From NCBI GenBank assembly GCA_030141605.1, contig JAQGDQ010000725.1, forward strand, positions 22,115 to 86,114: a stretch of 64,000 bases of DNA. The letters are read 5' to 3'. The stretch is from Tubiluchus corallicola (taxonomy: Eukaryota; Animalia; Priapulida). Position numbers and translations under genes: made by a program. Positions 26,700 through 40,889 of the stretch are shown here, in pieces. Numbering within the stretch: the stretch's first letter is position 1; the number at the start of each line of letters is the position of its first letter. The notes beneath the pieces are model-generated. The model was not told where the DNA came from and did not search any database. It saw nothing but the letters and a program-made list of their open reading frames with translations.

Positions 26700-27261
26700 T
26701 CCTAGAAGCTGACTATTTCATGCGTCATTCAAATTAACACATAATTATATTCACGTAACTTCTTTCATAATAATTAATACTTGTTTGACATGTTTCTTTT
26801 TGTTCTTATAAGTCGCAATTTTTTTATTTTGTTTTGCAAAATTTCGTCATCTCCAGAACGTGAGAAAAACACTCGAGATGGTCACTTGTTTTTCTCAAAT
26901 ATCAAGCTCCCAAAATACCAAAAAAAACCTAGTCCACTTTCAAACATCCTCTGTTTAATTTGGGAGTGTGAAGTTTTGCTAAAATTATCTATTAGATTTT
27001 TTAGTAATCTATTAGTATTACTAGTATTAGTAGAAGTATTAGTAGAATTACTAGTAATCATAGTTTGCCAATGTTAGTTCTAATTCACACAACTGCAGTA
27101 ATATGATAACATTTAAGATATTAAACTTAAGCTAAGTATGTTGTTAAAAGCAGTTTAATAGCTTCCTCACTACTGTCATTAAGCGTAAAATATTACTTCA
27201 ATTAAAACCAATTTTTGCATTTCGTAGAAAATTTTAATTTGGCCTAGGTTTTTGGCAGATC

Positions 27262-28580
27262 AGATAGATTAGATTATAAACTTTGTTTTTGTTTTAGTTG
27301 TAAATCAAAGGTCTATATTTTCCTTACGCTCGTTACAGCCACACACAAGTATACAATCAGACCTTTCTTTCAATTTTTATTGTTTGGTCGCAAATTTCTC
27401 GTTTATCTGTTCTATATTCACGTCTTGTAGACTGAATTCTTAATAAGATGCCTTTTATTGATAGGAAAAATTTTATTGTGTGCTAGAAATCAAATGAAAA
27501 CTAAGATATTTTTCATGTCCAAAAAGATTCTCACAAACTAAACTATTCCCCCCTCTCCACAGACTAAACGTTGCAACACTAGACATACCACAAAGTTTAA
27601 TTACCTCTACTCAAAATTGAACCGATAAAATTTAATACTTTTATTAAACAAACAAAACGTTTCGTTATATGATCACATATACATTTCGTTTTCAGTATAT
27701 GAAAACTATTCCCCCCTCTCCACAGACTAAACGTTGCAACACCAGATATACCACCAAGTTTAAATTACCTGTTCTCAAAACTGAACTGATAAAATTTAAT
27801 ACTCTTATTAAACAAACAAAACGATTCGTTATATGATCACATATACATTTCGTTTTCAGTATATGTTCATACCAATTGTTGAAGATTTTGACTTACAGTT
27901 GGTTAAAAGTGACAATGCTGGAAGCACCTCACGAAATGTTTTGTTCAAACCTGAACTAGAAAAAAATATTAATTCAATACTGTATATTTAGCTGTCAATG
28001 ATTCCTTATTCGCAGCTTTTTTGTCCAGATTTTGTTCAAATCTTTGTTCAAAATCAGTTTAATAAACTTTAAACGGCATGTTAGCAAATTTAAATGTGTG
28101 TTTTGCCAATTTTTCATGCTGTACTAGAGTAATTTGTATTAACCTTGTTTTGAATAACTTTATTTAATAAACTATTATATATAAATATATATAAGTTTAA
28201 TAAAAGTATTAAATTCTATCAGTTCAATTTTGAGTACAGGGAATTAAACTTTGTGGTACGTCTAGTGTTGCAACGTTTAATCTGTGGAGAGGGGGAATAG
28301 TTTAGTTTGTGTGAATCTTTTTGGACATGAAAAATATCTTACTTTTCATTTGATTTCTAGCACACAATAAAACTTTTCCTATCAATAAAAGGCATCTAAT
28401 TAAGAATTCAGTCTACAAGACGTGAATATAGAACGATAAATGAGAAATTTGCGACCAAAACGATAGAAATTGAAAGAAATGTCTGATTGTATATTCGTGT
28501 GTGGCTGTAACGAGCGGAATGAACATATAGACCTTTGATTTAAAAGTAAATAAAAACAAAGTTTATAATCTAATCTATCT
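27262..28580. mobile_element. Foldback-like structure with ~390-bp inverted arms and an internal ~165-bp tandem duplication
   Basis: 27262-27649 is the reverse complement of 28195-28580; 27540-27700 is repeated at 27704-27864. Confidence 0.8.
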
Positions 28581-28588
28581 AATATACA

Positions 28589-28589
<1 letters not shown>

Positions 28590-28650
<61 letters not shown>

Positions 28651-28699
28651 ACTATCTATCTATCTATCTATCTATATATATATATATATATATATATAT
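28590..28699. repeat. (TATC)n + (TA)n microsatellite
   Basis: Directly visible. Confidence 0.95.
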
Positions 28700-29660
28700 G
28701 ACCGTTTATAATTTATAATTTTCTTCATCGAGGAATGCAATTTTAACAAATTTATTACGTAAATGTTGCTCATCCATCGCATACAGTTGCAATATTAATG
28801 CACGCACCATCATAAGACATGGTAACTCTTTGCCACTAATTTGCTCTGTATTTGCAATTTTAGTTCAAAGCGTCGCTAAATGTAAGCCAAGAAAAGACGC
28901 CGTAATATAACAAATGTAACTTTAAATTTCACCTTGTAAATAAATCTTAATCTAATTTTAAAAAATTAAAGTTTAATTAAATTCAAAATTTTGTAAAAAC
29001 ACTACCTATTTCACAGAGACAACAGGAATAGAATCATTAACGATTATATAAAAGTTAAAAGAAAGCATAGGTTCTGAAAAAATTACAATTTTTTTCTGCT
29101 GTTATGTATGGCTCCATTGCAACATACATATATAATATTATATTTTTAGAATGCAAGTGTCATAATAAACAAAAGTAATTTTATTTTACACACTAAACGT
29201 GCAAATTTATATATACCTTTACTTTTAATGGGCTGAACATAATTTATAGATATATTTATATACGTCCATAATTATATTTACATATATTGTTCTAGGGGTA
29301 TCTACGAAAACCCACTAAAGGCATTAATTCATTCCACACAAAACGTACGAATTAAACAAACATATTATAACCAAATAGTACAATATTACCAAATTATGTC
29401 ACTGTTACAATTGTACATAATAATTTAGAAAATTTAGAGAAATGTCTTTTAATTTTTTAAAAACAGTTGTTAATTAGAATAGAAATGGTTCTAAGGCAGA
29501 CAGGTGTAAAATATTTCTGTTATGGTAGGGTAAATATAAAAAAATGAAAATTTAAAATAACTAATATCGAAAAATATCCACAGCATTCCAAAATTCAGAA
29601 AAGTGTCAGTTAATTTCTCACATCTGTTATAACTCACTAACACTTACCCTAGATTTTTTC

Positions 29661-29939
29661 AAAAAATCTTTAGAAACAACAGCTACGACTACAAAACAAT
29701 GATAGTAGCATCACATTGTTTTTTTTATAATTGCAATAATTGTTTCTGAAGAGCTGTAAGTGAAACTACAGTAACAACTGGTACTGTGTACTTTTGGTTT
29801 AAGATGAAACAACATAGTAACAATTGTTACTGTAGTTTCACTTGCAGCACATCATAAACAATTATTGCAACTGTAAGAAAACAATGTGACGCTTCTATCA
29901 TTGTTTTATAGTCGTAGCTGTTGTTTCTAGAGATTTTTT
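29661..29939. repeat. Near-palindrome, ~130-bp arms with a ~20-nt loop
   Basis: TAGAAACAACAGCTACGACTA / TAGTCGTAGCTGTTGTTTCTA and AAGTGAAACTACAGTAACAA / TTGTTACTGTAGTTTCACTT. Confidence 0.85.
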
Positions 29940-31159
29940 CAAAACTCTTTATTGAACTGATAATCCAAATACTGATTAGTGTAAGAAACGACACAAATGA
30001 CAAACAGACACACATTCTATTTTGGTACAAAAACAGTTAGTAGAGAAGATTTGTTCATATACCTCGATCACACCAAGATGGTATGCATAAATTAAGTTGA
30101 CGTTAACACTTTGTCCAAACCGCTAGTTAAAGTAGTTATTTTTTCAGCATTTTTCGTGATAACCTTGTAAGGTCGGTGCTTCTCCTACTGCACATAAAAA
30201 CTTTGACGGCTTACCAGGGCCTGCGATGATATTTAATACGTACCTAAGTACAATAGGTGAAATCTTTATACCAATTAGCTGGCGTGAGCACAGGCTAGGT
30301 TTTATACGTAATAAATGATTGCGGATTCTCTGTACGTAATCACAATGCGGTCGGCGAATATCAAAGTTGCACACTACACGCCAAAGCTCGCATCGCTGCC
30401 TGGAATCATTAATACTTGTCAGATCTCCCATCCAATATCTGAGGGAACCGATTTGAAAAATTATCTAAAAGTACCAGCTGGTAAATTAGTTATCGGTCTG
30501 TGAATGGCCGTGTCCTAACTAGTATCGCGATGAGAAGGTGAGAATTGGGCGAATGATGTATAGGCTGGTTAGGGCAAAATAAAGGACTGCGCTTTTACAT
30601 CTTAACCGCCTTGTATAACAAATAAATGACTCTGTCAAAAGCGCGAGGGCTGCCCTTTTTCTGCACTGTGTGGTCGATGCCTGGTGAACAAAGTTGCCGA
30701 AATTTATATACCCGCTAGCTCTGTAAGCGCTGATGAGGCGGGCAGGTTTCACGTCCTACGTGTGTGCTTGTAACATGCTCCGACAAGTGATGAACGAGTG
30801 ACCCCGGGCGACATTCGGACGGACCGAAATAAACTCTAACGACGTTTTAATGTCAGTGGTGTCTTTCAAACTGACTTTAGAACTCTAAGGAATCATTGAA
30901 CTGCGTGACACGTAAATTGCTTTTGTTGTTTTTAAGCCTGTAGATCTTTGCCACCCATGTTGTAGCTTGCAGTCAACAGTCACAGAAATTACCTACCTGG
31001 AAATTATTCTATGACTGATAAAAATTTTGCCTGAAAAGGTCTTCACTACACTGACTGTAGCATCTTAACACACAGTAACTCATTGTAGTCGGTCCACACA
31101 TATTACTGTAATCTGATCGTCATTTTGTGAAAAGGCAAGCACGTTAAAATTGTAATCGT

Positions 31160-31530
31160 TAAAGCAAAAGTAAGCACTCTTCATAAATCAGCTTACAAAA
31201 TTTGTCTTGAAATTTTATATCACTTACATGCTTATAGATGACTTACTGCATATAGATAACTTTAGATAACACTGCATAAGGTTTGAAAGAAATAATCAGA
31301 GCACTCGTAACGTACTCCACCAACTAAGCAACAGTTCAAATTACTATCAATAAGATCAATTACGTGTTTTGGTGTATCGGTGGTGCACACTGGGATAGTG
31401 AAACAGTAATGTTTTACTAGGTGGCGCGAATATTTTCTTCTCCCGTTACATAAGTCTTTCAGCAGGTAAGTAATACAACTTATAAAGAACGTTCTTTTGG
31501 AACATAGTTTTAAAATTGCTTTTTCTTCCC
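31160..31530 (+). mobile_element. MITE family B-related degenerate copy
   Basis: Shares GTCTTGAAATTTTA...AATAATCAGAGCA...GGTGCACACTGG blocks with other B copies. Confidence 0.55.
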
Positions 31531-33399
31531 GTTCAAACTTTATTCAGTCTAAGGTGGATATATTACCTCAATCACTGAATGCAGTCAGCAAAATTTCTTT
31601 GACGGGCACATATCTTTAGCATATTAAGCTGTCAGATGAAATGTAGTAATTTTATCCGTCATTCTAATTTTCCCGCAAAATATATTTTTATATATAGCGG
31701 TAGCACTTTCTGAGAAACAGTCATCCAGTACTAATACAGGGTTTAGTAATGTACTAATCTCACTAATTGCTCTAAGTTCATCACATCTTCGCATCCTATC
31801 TAGACCTTCTAGGCCTTATTGTTTATTGTTTATTTATCTCACATCGACACAAAAACACGATTAATACATTAAAAGAAACAAAAAGTTATCAATAATTCAA
31901 TGAATAACAAACAATAAGATACATAATAAGAAGCAAAATTTGGAAAAAATGATTTAAACTGTCTTTAGACGTAGGTCAACCTATGGTAAACAAAGATAGT
32001 GGTATCGCTACTTCCTTTAATACTGGTGTCTAAACAACGTTATGTACAGCATCATTACAAATATACTAACTTGACTCTCAAAACACTGTGGGGTTGAAAG
32101 ATAAACAAGAGAATTATCGCTGTTGTATGTTGCTTAGTAAATTCGTATACAGTTTAGTTTGAGCACATAACTAGTTTAGATATACCACAGTTTAGGTTTG
32201 CTATACATACAAATGTAAATGTGTTGCGGGCAATCAAAAAGCAGGGTTTGTTAGATTGCCCCACACTGTGAAAGAAAAAAAGTAATGAAAATAATCTGAA
32301 AATTTAGCATTATCCTAGAACATTATACACTTTTCACAGAGGTTTTGCACCATTTTCTGCTAGTCCATTGATTCGTGAGTTCCACACGCGGTTTCTTTGC
32401 TAAATACAACTTAGGGTTAGAGGTCGCTTGCTATAATCAGTGTTTTAACGAAATAAAAATAATCGTAAAAAAGCATCTCTTTTAAACCAGATATCAACGT
32501 AAGTAAAATTATAACTAGCGATAAAAATGGGAAGACGAGTCTACCAGTGGCTCAAGCCTACTCTATTGTTAAAGGAAAATTCCTGTTAGCAGATGAAACG
32601 ACCTTAGTTTGTCCTTGGCTGATCAGTTGGTTTCTCCTGGAATAGCAACAGAACATTGTACAACTTGGACTCTATCCAGCAGGCGATCAATAAAATAGTG
32701 TGTACGATCACGCACGTGTAAGCCAGACTAAGTTATTCGATAGGCTAAGTTGGAGTGCCTGAAAAGGGCGTGTTCTTCGAAGTTTTATCCAATTAAATCA
32801 CTCGTAAATGCTTAAAAAAATTGCATGATTAGATAGCCGAGATTATTCTGAATAGAACAGTACCTAATTTGTAATCATTTAATTGTGTCTGTACTCATAC
32901 AGTAGCAGAGACGTCGTAGACCTTATTAGTCGTTATTTTGAGTGGCGCAGTCCTGAAGGCGTTAAACCTGACATCAACGAAAAGTGCTGGAAACAATGGG
33001 AAAATAATGGCCCAGACAACACAGATCCCATCTACCCTGTTGAAGTACCAATAAAGTATGCTTGCTAGACCAATAAGGAGAAAGGCATCTATTTATCTTT
33101 ATTGACTATAAATCTAGGACGAATTGGACAGGCTATGATGTAAATAAGTCGCGAGTCGCATTAATATTGACAATAGAAATCAAAAATAGCATTTTTTAAA
33201 ATGCTAAAAAAAGTTAAAATGTATTTTTGGTATTTTAACGGTATTATAATTATTTCGGTTTAATCGGACGCTTTCTTTAATTGCAAGATGACAGGGAAAT
33301 TGTTGTGAACTATCTCTAGTGATAATTATTAGCATACGAAGAGGTCTACCTACTAGTGCAGGTACAGTCATTATGCCTCATTATACCTGGTTTTGTCGT

Positions 33400-33690
33400 A
33401 AAACTTGCCTTGTTAAGATAGAGTACAACACGCTGAATATCTTACAGTAACACTGTACTTCAATTTTCTCTTTCACAAATACGTGCAACACCGCTCGTTG
33501 AATATTTTTGCTTTTGAAAATTATGTTAGTTTGTGATGTCATCAATAGTTGGGCTTACCCGCTGTGTAATTATGTTTTTAATCTATTATTTAATTATCAG
33601 AAACGCTTTTGCTGCAGTATTGGCACTAAAATGTATACTTCTTATCGGATTTGAAAATGGTGCAGTATGTGAAAAATCATCCCGTCTTCC
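33400..33690 (-). mobile_element. MITE family A partial copy
   Basis: Homologous to 49800-50073. Confidence 0.7.
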
Positions 33691-34324
33691 TTGACTTTAA
33701 AATGGAAAATCAAAATGGGAAAATTTTGAATCGTTAAATTCATAACAATAACGACACATTCTACTCATCCTTAAACAACTTTAACAGGTTGAGCGTTTTC
33801 TAAGCCTAAGGGAACGTCGTTCGTAACGCCAGTGCTGTAAAATCACGATTAGGGGGCTGTTAACACGATATTTTACTGCAGTTCGGCTAATAATGATTCT
33901 CAGACTGTAACTGTACACATTACGTTGCAGAAATCGTTTCTAGAGCACGAATTTGCGGTGCAACAAAGCTAATAGAAAATTTTATCAACATTTTGGGTGT
34001 TCTCTAGGCGCATTGTGCGTACGTCTGTAATGACAGGTAATCATGAAAAGCGGAAAAAATTACTAAGTGAAATTCGAGTTCATAGTGCAAAATGTTAACT
34101 GACAAGGCAATTAATTGAATTTCTTAACTATTTTTACGCAGTTTCTTTACGAACGCTGTCAAATATTTTACTACACTGAAGTTCCTTACTAGAAAAGTTA
34201 ATTATTTGAAAATTTCAATAGGCGTAGAACGAAAAACCTGTTTTGTGATACAAACATTTAACAATTTTACCAAAACGTTTAAAAATATCGCAACAAAGAA
34301 ATGTAAAAGACACGGCATTTCATT

Positions 34325-34642
<318 letters not shown>

Positions 34643-35330
34643 AATTTCCTATTAGCAAACAAAGTCTTATAGTTCACTTACATGCTCATCTGGAACACAT
34701 TATGGAGCTGTTCAATAGCTAGCGCCGTATCACATTCTACACATTGACAAAATTTTCACAGTTGTTACTCACCCACTGTTACACCGATGCACCAATTTGA
34801 CCAAGTGTACATTTCTAGGTAAAAAAATGATTTGACTGCTTAATTGAATTTGCTGAAATCTGTCCCAGGCATTTGATATGGTTTTGCATAGCCGGTTTTT
34901 TCGCTATTCTGTCTTTGAATACTTTGAATCTGAAGACTTTCTCCTTTATGCCTGAATTAAAGCAAACTTTTTGCAGTGTTTTTGGATGATTCTTGTTCTT
35001 AGCTTTTTTTTAATTTTGACTACAAAAGGTCTCATTTCTCTTTGACTCAATTTAAAATTTAGTTTTGAAGTCAAGGACAGAACTGATTTATTTTCTACCT
35101 CATCCATAATTGCGGATTTTTTAAAAGTATATAGAAAATTCTTACTTTTTGTGTATCTTTCTTTTAATATATATTTGGAAACCAAATATATTTGGAAACC
35201 AAACCACTTTTACTAACACAAAAAAACCTAATGGTATAATCGACGAAAAATTAAAAGAACGATTATATCAATTTATGGAAAACGGAACTCTTTAGCCATG
35301 ATAGAAAAATCGGGCAAACCCTTATTATAA

Positions 35331-35894
35331 CGCTTATAGGGTCACCGGGGGTAAAAATTACCCCCAGACCCGGTTTTTTGTATTTCACCCTTTTACCATA
35401 CACATCCCAGTAAACCTTTTCTTTTTCTAAATATGTTTTGTGCACAAAATACTTTCAGTTGTTTATTTTAGGCGCATTGTCTCACCACAAAATAAAAGTG
35501 AAAATGCAATATGTCGATTTTTTGGTGGCAAGTTGTGCTGAAAATAGACAGTTAATCAAATTACTCCACCTAAAAGAAGAAAGTAGTAGACAATAAATTC
35601 AAAATAACGATGATTTTTGCACACGCGCTAGCAATGTCGGTTGTCTACACTTATTCTAGCATAGATAAGGGAACGTAACTAAGTGAATTTAAATTTCGTA
35701 TTACTAGTAAGTCACGTGTCTTTGATCAGAGATAAAGTGTATCCTATAGTGGTCAGCATAACCACAAATTAAACCGCCACACAGTAATGAAACATGGCGG
35801 TTTATCGAAAGTAATTTACGAATTATGGTGGGGGTAATTTTTTACCCCCCCCCGTTACCAAAATCGGTTGTAAAAAATCGTGACCCTATCAGGG
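35331..35894. mobile_element. piggyBac-like MITE (second family)
   Basis: Left ATAA|CGCTTATAGGGTCAC, right GTGACCCTATCAGGG|TTAA; subterminal GGGGTAAAAATTACCCC / GGGGTAATTTTTTACCCC. Confidence 0.7.
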
Positions 35895-36898
35895 TTAAGA
35901 ACCTAAAGAACTTTTAACCCAATATAAAATGTGAAACTACTTGTTGTTCTGAAGTTACCAAAAAGTTAATAAGAAAATTCACTAAACTTAAAAAAGCTCT
36001 CATAAATTGTAAATTAAAACAGGTCGTTATCAAAACCTAAACAAATTCTAACCGAAAATCGCATATGTTAGTATTACCAAAATCGGAAGTAGAGATCGAA
36101 CTTCATTTCAATTTTACATTCTACTTTACATATGACGACTTGAGATTTAACTTATACAAAAAAAAACTGAAACACTTTGTACCTATTTTTGCTGTTATGC
36201 CTGAATGAGAGAAATTTAGATTTTTATTAGGTTAGAGTCATTTAGGTATTCTTAAAATTATAATCAACTGATAGCAATATAATTGAGAGCATTAGAATAT
36301 AATATAATTATATTGCAACTGAATTACGTGCGAGTAATGATATTTAAATCTCACATTCGTGCCTAATATATAATTAGTAGGTTGTTAAAATATTAATGCT
36401 TTTTAATACTAACTTATCTGACTTTTAAACGGTTTGAATGCACCTAAATTGATGTTTCTTATTTAGAGAAACTTCTATGTGTTCTATAGTAATGTTATGT
36501 GTTTCTTGTTGGCCATATTTTTATGTAACTGTTTGGTTGCTGTGATAAATACATAAACTGAGATTTTCCTCTGTGATTTGCCTGGTTTAGTTCCATCTTG
36601 GTGAAATAGGTGGTGATTTGAAATCTTAGAAAACACATCAATAACATAGAAATTTTAAAATATGAAAGTAATTACAAAAAGGCTGATCGTACTTTTGGTT
36701 TTTTGATAATAATTAGTAACCAATTTTTCCTCTATTAATTGCCTTTAATAAAACCTGTTAATGCAGATGACGGGATTTCTCATCACACTAAAATATTAGG
36801 AAATTTTTAGCAGTTTTATAATTAATTTAATGTTAATTCTAATTATATATTTTTCGTCTTCTGTATAATATGATAAAATCTTTCGTGGAGATCTTTAA

Positions 36899-37357
36899 CC
36901 CTTTCAGTCCCAAATTATTTTTTAATAAGAAAACATTTTTTGGCTTAGTACTTTTGTTCAATATGTCCATCTTGTTTACACATAATAATAATTTTTTTCT
37001 ACCTGTATCCGTGTGCTAAATATAGCCTGTATCCCACAGGATACATTGGGATTGAATGGAAGCGTAAAATGTGCTTCATTTTGCAACTGCTGATAATTTT
37101 TTAAAGTGTTTAAGACATTTAGTATGCATGCTATGCTGATCTGTACAAAGTCATCTCTAAAGTACTGTTCCTTGCACAGTTTTTTATGCTATGTAGATTT
37201 TCTAGTTTGCCATTTTATCACCATTTTTAGTCTATTGTTATTGGCTTAAATCAAAATAACTATTAACAGATCAAACAACTGTCAGTTTTAAAATTTTATT
37301 AATTTTAAAGGCAGAAAATATTCTTGTATCCCACGGGATACAATGGGTATGAAAGGG
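36899..37357 (-). mobile_element. piggyBac-like MITE, inverted copy of 18883-19339
   Basis: TTAA|CCCTTTCA ... TGAAAGGG|CTAA; very few mismatches to the first copy. Confidence 0.88.
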
Positions 37358-37559
37358 CTAAGGGAACACATTGCAAAAAGTTCCGTTGGCCTGATTTCAC
37401 GTGCTCAACATGGTAAAAACAGTTTGGCTAACATTTGCCTTTGCAATATTGATGACATTTCGTGCTTCTAATCTTGTGGTTTTTCTGTACTGAATGTTCC
37501 ATTAGGAAAACTTTGGACTCTTCCAAGAATGGGGACCAAGTGGTCAATCCTACAGTTGA

Positions 37560-38140
37560 GGCTGCAAAAAATATAACATAGATGCTAATAAAGAAAGGGT
37601 GAAGATCATGAAAAAGTCTGAATGGAAGCAAGAAATAAAGAATAAGATTGAATATTGTATAAAGAATGTTGTATAATGAATTTACAGAAAAATGCAGGAG
37701 CAGCACTAAATTAAGATTTTTAAGGCATACCGAGTGGAAACGACAAAATTACATAGACACATGCGAGCCAGAAGAGGTTAAAGATATATTGAAAATAAGA
37801 CTGAATACGATTAAAGTTAAAGGGAACTACAAGAATGAGTTTAAGGATCAGTTATTATGCCCAGTGTGTGAGGAAGATGATGACACTACTGAACATATGC
37901 TTAGATGTTACAGATATGGAGAATGGACAAAAATTTGAACTCAGATGTATTAATGAAAAGTGAAAAGGAAGGATTGCTAGAAATTAGAAATCTAGTGAAC
38001 GAATGTATGGAATACAGGATAAAGACAAATAAAGACATTAAACTTGGAAAAGACAACTAAAAATCAGCGTTAACGATAGACTTTGCACCCTATAAAGGTG
38101 CCCGCCTCTGATAGGTGGAGAGAGTCTAGTATCGCAATCG
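37560..38140 (+). mobile_element. Degenerate LINE ORF2 3' fragment
   Basis: Peptide ILKIRLNTIKVKGNYKN...CPVCEEDDDTTEHMLRC (CxxC-H-C knuckle). Confidence 0.65.
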
Positions 38141-38683
38141 CAAATCCTCGTTGTTGGCGACAAGGACCACAATGATGTTCGACTGGCTGTAGAACTTTCC
38201 TCAGGAATGGGTCCACGGCTTCAAGCTAGATGGATTTGTATTGACTAATGCTAAAAATGAGCATTCGTTGAGTTCTGAGCATTTCTTTTTCATTGTGAGA
38301 TATTTTATTAGCGTAATTTCTTATAATTAAAAGCTTAAATTGTGATAACGTACGTGAAATGAGTTCTTGAGCTATTTTCGTTTGACGGTTAGCTTGAAAT
38401 GAACTTCTGATGAAGCTTTTCATTCATATTTTTATCCTTACTGTTCTTTATTGGCTTTACTGCCATTTCAAATTCATTCAGTACAAAAATTGCTTTCTTT
38501 CACACATTTTTAAGTGCCCAAAGATTTATTAACATTTTTTATTGATGTATTGTAAGCTTATTAGTAGATGTTTTTTTTTAAATTGAAATTGTGTAAATCA
38601 GCTTGTTAAGCTTGTTAAATAGTGGTTCATTTGTAAAGTAGCCATGGAGAATGTAAGCTTTTTATGAAAGTGAAAGACATTTT

Positions 38684-38965
38684 TTACTTACTTACTTACT
38701 TACTGCTTGCTTGCTTACTTGCAAACTTATATACATACATACATACATACATACATACATACATGCATGCATGCATGCATGCATACATGCATGCATGCAT
38801 ACATACATACATACATACATACATACATACATACATACATACATACATACATACATACATACATACATACATACATACATACATGCATACATACATACAT
38901 ACTTACCTTCTTTCTTTCTTACTTAATTACTTACTTAGTCACTTTCTTACTTACTTTCTTATTTT

Positions 38966-39057
<92 letters not shown>
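38684..39057. repeat. Compound tetranucleotide microsatellite (TACA/CATG/TTAC)
   Basis: Directly visible. Confidence 0.96.
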
Positions 39058-39791
39058 AAATAATTAATTACGTATACTTACTTACTAAGTTACTGACAAA
39101 ATCCTGGCGGTTACTCTATCTACCGTTTCCTTGCGGTTAAGGCTATTATCTGGGCCAGATGCCCTATAAAGAAAAACGATCGCAAAATTCAGCGATTGTT
39201 TAAAGCAAAGTTCAACAAACGCACACCCTAGCTTGTCATCGCTTAAGGTGTTTTTTTACTCAACTCAATAACACATCTTATGCACGAATTCAAAACGTGT
39301 TTAGAAAAAAAGCACGTGTGACGTCACCGCCTTCCATTTTCTCACACGTGCTGAGTTAAACCGAGTTTACGCTAACATTTTACAAGCATAAACTTAAACG
39401 ACTCGCAGGAGTAAATACATGACCTATCTAACAGCCTTGTTGGGTCTGCTTCGCCTCAACAGTAAACATACATTTGCGTAAACAAACGTTATCATTATGC
39501 GGCGTAAGTAGTGGCAAAAACAAGGATGTTCTTGTGTTTAAACCGCTGCTATCATCAGCTCCTGTATCCATCTCACTACGGTCGGTAGTTCTCAATTGAA
39601 TCTCTAAGAGAGTCAGGCTCACATCATTTACTTGGTGGAGATCTTGTTTATCTGATGGCATCTGCAGCTGCTGCCAACACGTGCAAGTGCAGAATGCCAG
39701 AAACTTGAAAATCGTTGAACAAAAAGAAGCCATTTTGCACATTAATCGTCTCGCCTGGTACCTTTATTTCTTTGGCCTACATGCAATTAAC

Positions 39792-40222
39792 GTCTACAAT
39801 TTGCATTTTGTAGTTTAAAGGAAAACGGCCTGATTTTTCGTATATTACCACATTTTGAAATAAGTTATTATTCGTACTTTGTAGTTTAAAGGAAAACAGC
39901 ATAATTTTTCATATATTACACCGTTTTGAAGTAAGTCTATTATTTTCATTTTGTAGTTTAAAGGAAAACGGCATGATTTTTTATATATTACACCGTTTTG
40001 AAGTAAGTCTACAATTTGCGTTTTGTAATTTAAAGGAAAACAGCATGAGTTTTCATATATTACCCCATTTTGAAGTAAGTCTATTATTTGCATTTTGTAG
40101 TTTAAAGGAAAACGGCATGATTTTTCATACATTACCACATTCTGAAGTAAGTCTATAATTCCCACTTTGTAATTTAAAGTAAAACATCATGATTTTTTCA
40201 TATCCTACCCCATTTTGAAGTA
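39792..40222. repeat. 72-bp tandem repeat built from a MITE A terminus plus flank, ~6 copies
   Basis: Each unit contains TTTAAAGGAAAACRGCATGATTTTTC; the last unit continues into the MITE A body, which ends TTTTCCT|TTAA at ~40555. Confidence 0.85.
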
Positions 40223-40889
40223 CAGTGGGTAAAAAGTATACATTTCAACACCTGTAATAATACCAAAGCCTTTCTAATAATCAAATAATGGATTAAGAAC
40301 TTAATTAACTACAGAGGAGCCCAGCTGATGACGACATCACAAATGAACATAATTTTCAACAGCCCAAGCATTCTACGAGCGGATTGGACGTGTTTGCAAA
40401 ACCGAAAAATGAAGTACAGTGCTACTGTATAAAATTTTGTGTGATATACAATTACCGTTATGTTTTAATAATTGTTTTATGTAAAAATAGTGTGTTCCTT
40501 TAATATAGGGTAGATTGTTCTGAGCTGTAGTTTAAAATTGGGTCCAGTTTTCCTTTAATGATTCATCGAAGAAGTCGAACTACGAACATCTGCGGTTCTG
40601 TCAATCATTACATAATTAATACTTGTTCAAAACGGAGACGTTTAAAGGTGATTCTATAATCTTGCATTTAGTTTTTGATATCGTGACTTGTAACTCTTTT
40701 AAACAGAAGAAGCCATTGTGCCGATTTCCCAATTTTGTTACATAACCATTAGGATGTGACGAGACAATGAGCTCGTTCAAGTGCATGGCGGCAACTGCCA
40801 CGCCTGAAAATTTCTATTCAGAGGTAGTATATTTTATATTTATGCTTTATAGACAGTTCTTTGCAAATTTCTTTGTTATATTTTTTTAA

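Noticed and set aside
30730-30770. CTGATGA motifs as hammerhead cores (also ~24926, ~40325, ~58432)
   Set aside because: No stem II followed by GAAA at a suitable distance
33033-33040. TACCCTGT matching the 5' end of miR-10
   Set aside because: Only 8 nt match, the rest of the mature sequence and a hairpin are absent, and it is on the opposite strand and wrong side of Hox4; no miR-10 was seen elsewhere by eye
32883-33068. 61-aa ORF with protein-like composition
   Set aside because: Non-ATG start, no recognisable domain and no supported exon structure
38120-38220. TCCTCG-containing GC-rich segment as an HDV-like ribozyme
   Set aside because: P1, P2 and P3 pairings do not close; it is more simply a LINE 3' UTR or flank
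39428-39742. Possible Kolobok accessory-protein remnant (FCTCTC..QMPS on minus; NKRYHYAA on plus)
   Set aside because: The motifs are very short and lie on opposite strands; this cannot be supported without a profile search
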